In this document: piece after piece, positions 11,900 to 23,214 of the stretch | Layout: every line of letters starts with the position of its first letter | Position numbering within the stretch: the first letter of the stretch is position 1 | Made by a program: the position numbers and the translations under genes | The notes under the pieces: generated by a model | The model's database searches: none | Told to the model about the DNA's origin: nothing | The model's input: the letters and a program-made list of their open reading frames with translations, nothing else | Assembly: GCF_018977255.1 (NCBI RefSeq) | Contig: NW_024704743.1 | Location: forward strand, 65,846,001 to 65,910,000 | Length of the DNA: 64,000 nt | Direction: 5' to 3' | DNA from: Callorhinchus milii | Lineage: Eukaryota

Positions 11900-13876
11900 T
11901 TTAAATAAAGCTAACTTTGCAGGTATGAGGGAGGAATTAGCTAAAATAGACTGGGGACTTAGATTAATGGATATGACAATAGACCAACAGTGGCAAACGT
12001 TTAAAGATGAAGTGCAAAATTCTCAGCGGTCACATATTCCCTTGAGGAATAAGTACCACAGGGAAAGCAGTTCATCCGTGGCTAAACTAGAACAGTTAGA
12101 AAAAGTATAAAACTAAAAGAAAAGGCCTATAGAACTGTCAAAAGAGTAGCAAACCTGAGAATTGGGAGTGTTTTAGGGACCAACAAAGGAAAACCAAAAG
12201 GGTCATTAAGAGTGAGAAAATAGATTATGAGGGAACATAGCTAGGAACATTAAGACAGATTGTAAGAGTTTTTATAAATACATTAAGAGGAATAGGCTAG
12301 CAAAAGTAAATGTGGGTCCATTACAGGCAGAGACAGGATGAATTATAATGGGGATAAGGATATGGCAGAGTCCCTAAATAAATACTTTGCTTCTGTCTTC
12401 ACGTTAAAAGACACAAGAAGTTTACCAGAAATAGAGATGAACCAAGGGGCTTATGATAGGGAGCAACTTAGGGAAATTTACATTAGCAAAGAATTGGTGC
12501 TAGGGAAACGGTTGGCATTAAAAAGTGACAAGCCCCTGATGGTCTGCATCCTAGGGTTTTAAAAGAGGTAGCTCATGAGATAGTGGAAGTCTTGTGTCTG
12601 ATCTTCCAAAATTCTTTAGATTCTGAAACAGTTCCCATTGATTGGAAGATCACAAACTTAACACCACTATTTAAGAAGGGTGGGAGAGAAAAGATGGGGA
12701 ACTATAGACCAGTTAGTCTGACATCGGTGGTAGGGAAAACTCTAGAATGCTTAATTAAGGATGTTGTAGTGGGATACTTACAGGATCACAATATGATTAG
12801 ACACAGTCAACATGGCTTTACAAAAGAGCTTAACAAATCTTTTAGATTTTTTTGAGGACATATCAAGTAGATTAGACAGGGGGAAATCAGTGGATGTAGT
12901 GTATTTAGATTTCCAAAAGGCATTCGATAAGGTGCCACATAAAAGGTTGATCCACAAGATTAGGGCCCATGGAATTAAGGGGAATATATGAAGAAAACAA
13001 AGAGTAGGGATAAACAGGTCCTTGTCAGATTGGCGGGATGTGACTAGTAAGTGCCACAAGGATCAGTGCTTGGGCCTCAACTATTTACAATCTACATCAA
13101 TGATCTAGATGAGGACATTGAACTTAATGTATCCAAATTGACGGATGACACTAAACAAGAAGGGAGAGTAAACACCGAGGATGACATTAAAAAAATGCAA
13201 GGAGATATAGATAGGCTGGGTGAGTGGGCAAATAGGTGGCAGATGACGTATAATGTAGGGAACTGTGAGGTCATCCACTTAGGCGGCAAAAACAGTAGAG
13301 CAGATTATTTTTTAGAAGGGGAGAGACTAGATAGTGTTAGCGTTCAGAGAGACTTGGGTGTCCTTGTACACCAGTCACAAAAAGTTAGTCTGCAGGTACA
13401 GCAAGCAATTAGGAAGGCTAATGGTATGTTGGCATTTGTTTCAAAAGGGTTAGGGTATAAGAGTAGGGAGGTATTGCTGTAACTGTACAGGGCCCTGGTA
13501 AGTCCGTACCAAGGGGCACAACAAAATAGATAATAGGAGACTTTTTCTTCTGGTTGGAAAAACTATAATCATGGGTCACAGTCTTAAAATTCGGGGTAAG
13601 CCCTTTCGCACTGAGTTGAGGAAAAACTTCTTCACTCAGAGAGTAGTGAATTTATGGAATTCTCTACCCCAAAGGACTGTAGATGCTCAGTCCTTGAACA
13701 TATTCAAGACTGAGATTGATAGATTTCTTGTGGATAAAGGGATTAAGGGATATGGGGATAAGGCGGGTAGGTGGAGTTAGAATAGATCAGCCATGATCTT
13801 ATTGAATGATGGGGCAGATTAGAGGGGCTGAATGGATTACTTCTGCTCCTAATTCTTATGTTCTTATGTTCTTATT
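11900..13876 (+). pseudogene. CR1 LINE, about 2 kb, with decayed reverse transcriptase ORF2
   Basis: TPLFKKGGREKMGNYRPVSLTSVVGK, DVVYLDFQKAFDKVPH, PQGSVLGPQLFTIYINDLD..KLTDDTK, FFTQRVVNLWNSLP. Multiple stops, frameshifts and internal deletions; (TTCTTATG)n tail. Confidence 0.95.
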
Positions 13877-14845
13877 CCACTAATCTTGCCAGAACTTTAA
13901 CACATATGGTGTAGTATAAAGCAGTACTGAAGAAACCCGATTGATTATTTAATTCTATCTGCCATTTAAGGGTTTTCCATCACGATGATTTAGGCCCTTG
14001 AAAGAATTTCAAGCAATATACCAACATAGCCATCTTAATGTAAGCTTTCAACACACTCATACAAGTAACCAATGGGGTAGTGATCTTCAGTGCATTAGTC
14101 TGCCAAATATTCTGGTAGCACAAGTGTTACTCTGTGAAGAGATACTAATCTTCAGGCTTTCAGCTGTTCTTTTAGCAGTACGCCATCTTTCTCATTGAAC
14201 TATCAGAAGGCACCAAGCCGTCAAACCCAGGCCCCCAGAAAGAGCAGCGGCTCACTGGCACTTAGCATCCCTCATAGTAGACTACCAGATTTCAGCCATT
14301 GGAATGTAACTTATGAAATTGACACTAATTAAACATTACAAATTGAAATTAATTACAAATTGAAATTAATACGAGTGAAGTCCATGGGAAACACTAAGCA
14401 AGAGGTTAACAGACCTGTATGGAGCAGATCATGTAGATATCGTCTATCTGAGATTCCTGGCTGCCAATCAGATAGCTTTGGCAAGCTCAGCAGCGTGTTC
14501 GATGTGTGTGTCTCAAAGCTGTCTAAGTAGAAACTCTCTGGATCTAATTGGAATGTACACCAACATTTGAAGCTGGCCTGAACTAGATATACAGGTGTGG
14601 AAGCCAATCATTCTGGATTGAATGTTTTGGATGGGACATCTTGCCTTGTATAACTGTTTAATTGCTTAGTTCAAACTGTTTATTAGATTTTAGAAATTAG
14701 GTAGCACGACTGAGTGAGCATTCTTACACATTAACTCTATTAAGGTGCCTATAATGTTGAAACACTTCAAAATGCTTCACAGGACATCATTATCGAATGC
14801 AATGATTGTACATTAGTAGTAAATGAGGAGGTCTCACAAACATTC

Positions 14846-15180
14846 AATCCTGTAGCTCAGTGGTTAGAGCACTTGCCTTGCAAGGGAGAGACCTGGGTTC
14901 AATTCCAGGCAGGGCAAAACCTTGGGAAGTTTCCTTACTCCATATACCTAATAATAATCCCTCCAAAATAAACAATAATAAAAAAAATTGGTCATTTTCA
15001 ATCCATAACTGTTTGTGGGACACGTTTGTGGGACACTACTGTGCGCAATTGGCTGCTGCTTTTCACCCACAAATATATGGTCAATTCACTTTGCAGGCTA
15101 TTCTGTGAAGGGCTTTGAGACGTTGAGAAGACGCGAAAAGCGTTATATCAAATGCAAGGATTATTATTATTTTTATTATC
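14846..15180 (+). mobile_element. Young-type tRNA SINE, full length
   Basis: CCTGTAGCTCAGTGGTTAGAGC head, GGGTTCAATTCC B box, ATCAAATGCAAGG(ATT)n tail. Confidence 0.92.
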
Positions 15181-15224
15181 CACAAAGGCAATTTACCTGG
15201 ATTGATTTCAGCTCAATAGAATAG

Positions 15225-15350
15225 ATAGGTGTAGTTGAGTGGATAAGGATCAGGTGGATGCTCACGTGGAGTATAAACACCAGCACACATTAGATGAGCT
15301 GAATAGAATGATTGTTTCCATGCAGGACAGTCTATGTAATTCTATGTAAT
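15225..15350 (+). mobile_element. CR1 3'UTR remnant
   Basis: GTGGAGTATAAACACCAGCAC...TCTATGTAATTCTATGTAAT; a similar end occurs at about 49120-49190. Confidence 0.55.
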
Positions 15351-15516
15351 ATGTGAGGGAACTGGTGACCTTCACTATTGTTGGTAGCACACCAGACCTA
15401 AATCTAGTAAGTTCCTATAAGTCTTCATGGATTAAGTGTTGATTACAGTCACCTGTGAGCTTGTGCCGCCTCATCCACTTTGCTGTAAAAGATACAACCA
15501 TTAGGTACCCAGATAT

Positions 15517-15835
15517 ATAATAATAATAATAATCCTTGCATTTGATATAGCGCTTTTCACGTCGGGAGGACGTCCCAAAGTGCTTCACAGAACACACTGT
15601 AAAGTGAATTGACTGTATATTTGTGGGCGAATGCGGCAGCCAATTGCGCACAGCAATGTCCCACAAACAGTCGTAGATTGAAAATGACCAATTTATTATT
15701 ATTTTTGGTTTTGGAGGGATTATTATTAGGTGTGTGGAGTAAGGAAACTTGCCCAAGGTTTCGCCCTGCCTGGAATTGAACTCAGGTCTCTCGCTTGCAA
15801 AGCGAGTGCTCTAACCACTGAGCTACAGGACTCCA
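15517..15835 (-). mobile_element. Young tRNA SINE, full length
   Basis: Near-exact reverse complement of 15893-16220. Confidence 0.95.
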
Positions 15836-15892
15836 AAGTATCTCAGACCAATCCTCGTAAACTGCTATGATTAGCAGTTATTGCTATTTGTG

Positions 15893-16220
15893 TGGAGTCC
15901 TGTAGCTCAGTGGTTAGAGCACTCGCTTTGCAAGCGAGAGACCTGAGTTCAATTCCAGGCAGGGCGAAACCTTGGGCAAGTTTCCTTACTCCACACACCT
16001 AATAATAATCCCTCCAAAACAAAACAATAATAAATTGGTCATTTTCAATCCATGACTGTTTGTGGGACATTGCTGTGCGCAATTGGCTGCTGCGTTTGCC
16101 CACAAATATATACAGTCAATTCACTTTACAGTGTGTTCTGTGAAGCGCTTTGGGACGTCCTCCCGACGTGAAAAGCGCTATATCAAATGCAGTGATTACT
16201 ATTATTATTATTATTATTAT
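15893..16220 (+). mobile_element. Young tRNA SINE, full length
   Basis: tRNA-like head at 15896-15967, Deu-like body TGTTTGTGGGACATTGCTGTGCGCAATTGGCTGC, L2-like tail and (ATT)n. Confidence 0.95.
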
Positions 16221-17160
16221 GATACCAATCTGTTGAAACCCAGAAGCCTCTTTTAACTGCATTCTAGCTTTGCGGTAGTTGAAACAAACATACAGTTACG
16301 TTTTGGTTTCTGCGTTTACTATTGGATTATAAAACATATATACAGCTCTAAACTATTTAATTAAATAACTGGATTTTTACATTTGGCACCTACATTGGAT
16401 TATGATAAGCAATGTGTCTTAAAGTCTTTTGAGGCATCACTTATTGGGAGTGAAAATAGCTGAAACTTATTTTAGCACTACCTGCAATAGTGATTCAGTG
16501 AAAAAGAGCAACTATCTCTGCAAGTATTATTTCCATTACTCTCAGGAATCGTAAGAATTTGCTTTGCCACAAGCCCTCCGTACTTGAGTTACCACATGCA
16601 CAGTGAAACAAAAACATTGAAGGTTATCAGTACCAGTTCAAATTCATTTAAGAGTAACTTCAGTGATTCTTTGTTTAGACTCCCTGAGATATCTGATACT
16701 TAAGTACGAGTAAACTATTTATCTTGGGCTCTTAATGGTACACAGAACGACTGCAGCTACTGCTTTCTTAACCACACTGAGATGCCACATGAGCTTAATT
16801 GACTGTTTGTTGGGTTCCAGTGAAAGCCACGTTTCTCAACCCAGAACCCCAGAACCTTCTTGACTTAGTTAAATTATGATATTTCCTTCATTTGGCTACC
16901 CACAGAATTTAATATATATTAGGAAAAAGTTTTCTTTCATTTACAATAAAGTAGAAACAGCTGCTGGAAACTAAAAGGGTAATTCTAAATCAACTTCCAA
17001 TTTTTTCTGTAAAGATTCAAAACTTTTAATTGTTAAAAGATTACAGTTGAATCTGAGTAAAAACAATAACAATTTTGAGTGGATCAGGATCAGGATCTGT
17101 TTTAGTGAGGAATTTTAAAACACTTATTTTTAAAAACAAATTTTTTAAGTTCATTTGAAA

Positions 17161-17287
17161 ATCTTTATACCAAAGCTTGTTTAATCACTGAGCCAGAAAC
17201 TCAATTGAAATAAAAGCAAAATTTGAACAAGTCTTTATTTCAATTGAGTTTCTGGCTCAGTGATTAAACAAGCTTTGGCATAAAGAT
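17161..17287. repeat. Inverted repeat: 54-bp arms, 1 mismatch, 19-nt spacer
   Basis: 17161-17214 is the reverse complement of 17234-17287 except at one position. Confidence 0.97.
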
Positions 17288-17292
17288 ATTTA

Positions 17293-17942
17293 TACAACAA
17301 CAACTTGGATTTATATAGCGCCCTCCTCGCCGGACGGTATCTCAGAGCGTTTCACAGTAACGGATCCTGTGGCCGAGCCAAGGGGAGGGAGAGAAAGGTG
17401 ACCAAAGGTGTGGTCGAAAAGAGAGGTCTTCAGCCGAGATGTGAAAATAGGAAGAGAGTGGGCGAGGCGAAGGGAGTGAGGAAGGCAGTTTCAGAGCCTC
17501 GGGGCATAGTGGCTGAAGGCATGGCTGCCGATGGTGGAGCGGAGGACTCGGGGGACAAGGAGGAGGCTAGATGGGGTAGAGCGAAGGCAAAGGGCACTGT
17601 TGTGAGGAGAGAGGAAGTCAGAGAGGTAGGGGGGTGCAGAGGAGTGGAGGGATTTGAAGACAAGGATAAGGATTATTATTATTATTATTATTATCTTGAA
17701 ATCGATCCTCTCTGGGACAGGCAGCCAGTGCAGTCTGGCAAGGACTGGGGTGATCAGGGAGCAGAGTTTGGTGCGGGTAAGAATGCGGGCGGCAGAGTTT
17801 TGTATGACCTGGATTTTATGAGTGGTAGTGGAGGGGAGACTGGTGAGGAGGGCATTTGAATAGTCCAGCCGAAAGGTGACAAAGGCATGGACCAGGGTTT
17901 CAGCGGCTTTTGAAGTGAGATATTGGCGGAGATGGGCGATGC
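17293..17942 (-). mobile_element. L2 LINE 3' portion
   Basis: (CAA)n tail at the left end; the reverse complement encodes an HAFVTFRLDYSNA-like segment at about 17850-17890. Confidence 0.85.
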
Positions 17943-18009
17943 ATCAGATTTATATTTATATTTAGCATCCTTCCCTTAAGACAATTATGGCTGGAGAAAT
18001 AGATGTAAC

Positions 18010-18875
18010 AGGCTGGCTTAGTTCATAACACTCTTACTTCTGAATCTACAGGTTCAAACCCCATGTTGGGAGTTTGAGGTCATAATCTAGGCTAACACTC
18101 CACTGCAATAGTGGGGGAGCACAATGTTGTCCTTTGGATGAGATGTTAAACCTAATTGTTCCCTGCTGTTTAGCTGGATGCTAAATATCTGTGGCATTCC
18201 TCAAAAAGAGAAAGGAGCTTCTCCTGATGTTCTGGTCAACATTCGTCCAAATAAAATTGATCATTCATGTCATGGCTGTTTGTGGGACATTTCTACAACA
18301 ACAGCTTGCACTTATATAGTGCCCTCGTAGCGTCTCTTAAGCAGAATTGCCTGTTTAACAGTGGCGGAGCCTGGCTCAGAGCTGGGGAGCGAGTGTGAGG
18401 GAGAGCGCAGGAAGTTTGAGCAGTTCAGATCTGCATGAGTGAAGACGTTGATGGGAGCCAAGGAGCATGGCTTCCGTCTTGTCCCCATTCAGCTGCAGGA
18501 AGTTTTCACTCATCCAGGCCCTAATGTTTGCCAGACAAACTGATAGAACATCGGTGGACCTGGAGTCGATACTGGAGAAGGCAAAGTAGATTTGTGTGTC
18601 ATCCACATACATGTGGAAGTTTACATCTGCAGATGACATCGCCAAGAAGGAGCATATAGATTAGGAAAAGAAGAGGGCCAAGGATGGAGCCCTTGAGTAC
18701 CCCACAGGTGACTGGGCAGGGGCGGGAGGAGAAACCATTTGCCAAAATGAAATGGAGGCGGTTGGTTAAGTAGCTATGCATGAATTGTCTACTCCATTCA
18801 CCTACAAATACACAATCACTATGAGATGTTTTGATGATGTGATGAGGTACTACATTAAATGCTAGGATTATTTAT
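18010..18875 (+). mobile_element. Old Deu-type SINE split by an L2 insertion
   Basis: Head and body at 18010-18292 end in GGCTGTTTGTGGGACATT; the 3' remainder lies at about 18790-18875. Confidence 0.65.
18295..18781 (-). pseudogene. L2 reverse transcriptase fragment
   Basis: GVLKGSILGPLLFLIYML, FHMYVDDTQIY, WMSENFLQLNGDKTE. Confidence 0.9.
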
Positions 18876-19089
18876 TATGTTATACATGGCCTGAAGTTTT
18901 TGCTTGAATCAGTAATACTGGACATGGTCTAATATGCAATAATTTCTCTAGAGATTGCTTAATTAAAAAAAACTTTGAAACATTTGATTTGTTGGATTTA
19001 AATTCTTGGACCATAGATTTATTTATCTGTAGTCACATGTATTGTAGACCTGGGTCTATTGTTTTGTGAATCATGTATTTGTGCATATT

Positions 19090-20378
19090 TGACCCGCTCG
19101 GCTTTCCCCCACCTCCGCAACATTGCCTGGCTCCATCACTGCCTCACCCCTCAGGTCGCCGAAACCCTCATTCATGTACTCATCAAATCTAGGCTGGACT
19201 CTGCCAACTCCCTGCTTGTTGACCTGCCCAACTCTTCCCTCCACAAGCTGCTTTGAAGGAGGCAATGGAGGGAGCGAGGTGAAGGGAATGCGAGGTGTCC
19301 TCTCCTGCACTAGGCTCTGTGACCCCATCAACCCCATCCTCACCTGGGTCCAATGGCTCCCCATCCTTCAGGGTATTGAGTTCAAAATCCTCATCCTCAC
19401 CTTGAAGGATAAGGATTTTGCCATGCTCCCCACAGCACAGAAACCACCCTGGTCAAAGTGACAAATGACATTCTGTCCATCTGTGACCAGGGCTCCCTCT
19501 GCGTCCTCATCCTCCTTGACCTTGCTGCTGCTTTCGACACTGTCGACCACTCTATCCTCATCCACCGCCTCTCCTCTCACCTCAACCTCCATGGCTCTGT
19601 CCTTGAATGGTTCAGATCATACCTCCCACACCGCTTGCACTTCATCTCCACAAACGGCTTCTCCTCTAGACCCCGGACCGTCTTGTGCGACGTTCCTCAG
19701 GGCTCTGTCCTTGGTCCCCTCCTCTTCAATATCTATATGCTTCCTCTTGGTGACATCATCCGCAGACATTGGGTCAACTTCCACATGTATGCAAATGACA
19801 CCCAACTCTACCTCTCTGCCTCTGCCCTCAACTCCAGGACCACTGCTGTACTGACAGAATGTCTGTCAGATATCAACTTTCTTCAGTTGAACATCAACAA
19901 GACTGAGGCTCTCCTGATTGGTTCCTGTTAGTGTGGGACATCCTCCCAAAGTGAAAAGTGCTTTACAAGTGTAATTTTGTTGTCGTTATTGTTGTTGAAG
20001 GCCCTTCCTACCTCTGTGATCTGCTAACCCCCATCAACCCGTCCACTCCCTCTGCTCAGCAAATTCCTGCCTGCTCCACGTCCCCCACCTGGCCCACCCC
20101 ACTAATGGCAATCAGGCCTTCAATCTTCCTGCCCCCACCCTTTGGAACTCCATCCCACATTCCCTTCACCTCGCTCTCTCCATTCCCTCCTTCAAAGACC
20201 GTCTCAAGACCCTCGCTTTTGACCGTGCCTTCGGGTTCCGCCTTCCCTTCCTGCCATCCACCCTCCCTTATCCCAACTCTCTCCCCCACTCGGGTCCAAA
20301 TCCCTGACTGTCCAGCACCTAGGGATGTCCTTCCGATATGAAAGGCATTATTCAAATGGAATGTTGTATTGTATTGTA
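19090..20378 (+). pseudogene. Scrambled or compound L2 locus with RT domain
   Basis: LLDLAAAFDTVDH, VPQGSVLGPLLFNIYM and FHMYANDTQLY (ORF 19458-19931). A post-RT segment lies upstream of the RT segment, and there are two 3' tails (about 19935-19995 and 20315-20378). Confidence 0.9.
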
Positions 20379-21630
20379 TAATTATCAATTCCATATTTAA
20401 GTGAATACTTTTCAAATCAAAAATAAAGTGTTCATAATTCATAATTAATAATACTCAATAGAAGCAATGCAACCAGCCTGCCTCAAGATGCACCTCTTTA
20501 ACTGCACTTTCTGTTGTTGCGTATTGCTTTAAGGCTAAATTGACAATTGGACATTGACCAATGAGAAGACATCAGAAAGCATAACATGGTTCTGGAGGTT
20601 GGTGACAGTGGGTCTGTAGCTCAGTGGTGGAGCACTCTGTTAAAATGGTCATTTTCAATCAACGACTGTTGTGGAAATAAAGGAGCTATTGAATCTAAAC
20701 TGTATTGTGGATTGACAAATAATACTTCTGTCATCTTTACCCTCCCCACCCAGCTCAAGTACTGAGCCAAGCTTTTAATGGGTCCTTCCATTGTGAAATG
20801 CGCTGCATAAAGCTAAGCTGGATTGCAACTAATTATATTGTTACCATTCTATATTTATATTTGACCATTTTCCTTTATTGATTTTATTATACATATTTCT
20901 TAATTTTGTATTACATAAAATAGTTTCCATTTGTTTTCAACTAAAGACACATACTGAATTTGTGCAAATCTGCATCTCCAGTTATATCTCCCACCATTGA
21001 GACCTTCTTCTACTTGGCAACCAGGGATTAGTCAAATGGGTGCTGCACTAAAATGTTGGTAAAGCCTGTGAACTCAAAGTCCAAAACCTTCTGTGTTACA
21101 TAATGGAGATTGGGAGCTGGAAGATAGAAAAATTAGAAATTCGTAGAGCAGTTGAAACCACAAGACTGAGATGGTTCTATGCCCTTAATTTGTATCTCCA
21201 CAATATGGCTCGCAGAGTGTACTTGGTGACCTCTGTAATCAATTTTAATGTGTGCAAGAGCTTATAGTAAGTGTTTCTTGCTAATTGAGTTTGTTTTACA
21301 ACAAGTACTACCAGATTGATCTTTAATTGATAAAACTGGGAAGCTTCAGTCAATCAAAGGTTTATTTTTGAATACTTCTGTGACCTAGGCTGAACCTATG
21401 TGTGTTACTCCTTATACTCAATATTAACAGAGAGCTTGAATGAGACATGGTTAAGAAAACTCTACGGTATCCTTCATTTGCATATTAGAATGGTAAGTTA
21501 CCCCAACAAATTGTTGTAACCGATGCCTTTGGATACTTGACACCATCCGGGTCACAGTCCTGTTAAAGTCTACTGATAATGCAAAGTCCCATTATCTACA
21601 TGCAATCATCAAAGTGCGCAAAAGCATTCA

Positions 21631-21804
21631 GTCATAAACTCAGTGAATGGAGCTCTTTGGGAATGCCAAAACCAGATAGTCTTCAGGCATGCATACGGGT
21701 CTGTGAAGGCCTGCTACAGACTCATGCAGGTGAGAGCCAGCAAGTACGTAATGAGAGATGCGCTGGAGCTCAGTTCAGCTGAGGCTAAGACCAGATGGGG
21801 CCTG
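21631..21804 (+). pseudogene. Tx1/L1-clade ORF2 C-terminal remnant
   Basis: VINSVNGALWECQNQIVF...YVMRDALELSSAEAKTRWG resembles the recalled Tx1-type C-terminus (INSVKDALWxxRNxxVF...YVLRDALKLGAAAAKAxWG). Confidence 0.65.
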
Positions 21805-21805
21805 A

Positions 21806-22075
21806 CCCATTGGTGGGCAAGCCTTCTGCCGCTCTGCCCCCACCCTCTGGAACTACATCCCACACTCCCTCCGCCTCACCCCTCCCTTGCCTCCTTCAAG
21901 ACCCGTCTAAAAACCCTCCTCTTCGACCGTGCCTTCGGTCACCTTCCTTTCCCCCCTGCCCTCCACATTCCCTGATCCCGACCCCCAGCTCGGGTCTGAA
22001 ACAGTGATTGTCCAGCGCCTTGGGACATCCTCCCAATGTGAAAGGCACTATACAAATGTAATTTTGTTGTTGTTG
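21806..22075 (+). mobile_element. L2 3' fragment
   Basis: SFKTRLKTLLFDRAF motif and GTGAAAGGCACTATACAAATGTAATT(TTG)n tail. Confidence 0.88.
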
Positions 22076-22179
22076 ACCCTTATAGCATATTCCTATGTTT
22101 ACATATATACTAGCCAACAGGAGAACATCATCCTCTTTATGGAAATGATTTACAAATTTGCGTACATGATGGAGAAGTG

Positions 22180-23210
22180 AATAATAAAAAAAAGTGATAT
22201 AGCACTTGGTATAACACCTTATCAAGTCATTGAAACATTTCAAAGCATTTCACAAGATTTTACTGATAAGTGTAGGTAAATGCCAATTTGCACCCAGCGG
22301 TCTCCCAAAATAGCCATGAAGAGAATGACCAATTTTTCATCGGGGGGTTGTCAGCTAGGACACCAGGAGAAACTTCCTTTTCTTTCCAATAGGGATCTTT
22401 AAGGTTCACCTGAACACGTAAATTTGTTTGTTTTACGTCTTACAGCACTCCCAAAGAATATCAGCCTAGTCTGTGAGTTCAAAGCTCCCATGTGGGATTT
22501 GAACAGGTAACATTCTGGACTCAGAGGTGAGAGTGCTATTGGTCGAGCAAGGAATCAAATACTGTGGTCAAATACAGTCACTGAAATCTGGGTGACTTTC
22601 TAACAATTTCTATTTAAAATCATGAAACAGAGAATAATTGAAGTCAAAAGAATATTACGATTGGTATGAAACTATAAAAATCTCATAAAAATGTTGGACT
22701 TGTAGTTAACTTATCTGTTGCTTTGTTTCAGAACCCCTTAGAATCTTTACAGCAGATTATCACTGTGATAAAAATTAATAATAATCCTTACATTTGATCT
22801 TATGCCTTTCGCATCAGGAGGACATCTTAAAGCTCCTTCACAGGATATACTGCAAAAGTGGGTGACTATACTTTGAGGAAACCGTAACAACCAATTTGTG
22901 CATAGCAATGTCCCGCAAACAGCTATAAAATTAATAATCAACAACAACAAATTGCATTTATGGAGAGTCTTTCACATTGGGAGAACATCCTCAGGTGCTG
23001 GACAATTGAGCGTTTGCAACTAAACCTGGGCCAAGAGGGGTGGGGGAAAGATGACCAAATGTTTGGTCAAACAGAAAGGTCTTGAGATGGACCTTGAAGG
23101 AGGTGAAGGAAGGGGAGAGGTGTAAAGACTCTGGAATGGAGTTCCAGAGTGTGGTGAACTAATTTTATTTTGGGGGTTGTTGGCTAGGATACTGGGAGAA
23201 GCTCTCTTCT
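22180..23210 (-). mobile_element. Cluster of two old SINE copies, one interrupted by an L2 3' fragment (about 22940-23155)
   Basis: SINE head reverse complement GACTCAGAGGTGAGAGTGCTA at about 22520; tails at about 22180 and 22775; (CAA)n L2 tail at about 22940. Confidence 0.65.
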
Positions 23211-23214
23211 CTGC

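Noticed and set aside
15896..15967. tRNA-Ala(TGC) gene
   Set aside because: It continues into the SINE body, has an imperfect T arm, lacks G3-U70, and occurs as dispersed SINE copies.
15415..16256. Recurring ORFs ending in KRYIKCKDYYYY (also at about 1059, 41804, 46270, 56709 and 62818)
   Set aside because: These are translations of the non-coding SINE tail and (ATT)n, not a protein family.
17305..17859. Longest ORFs (184 aa here and at 56236-56790)
   Set aside because: They are antisense or frameshifted readings of L2 sequence with biased composition.
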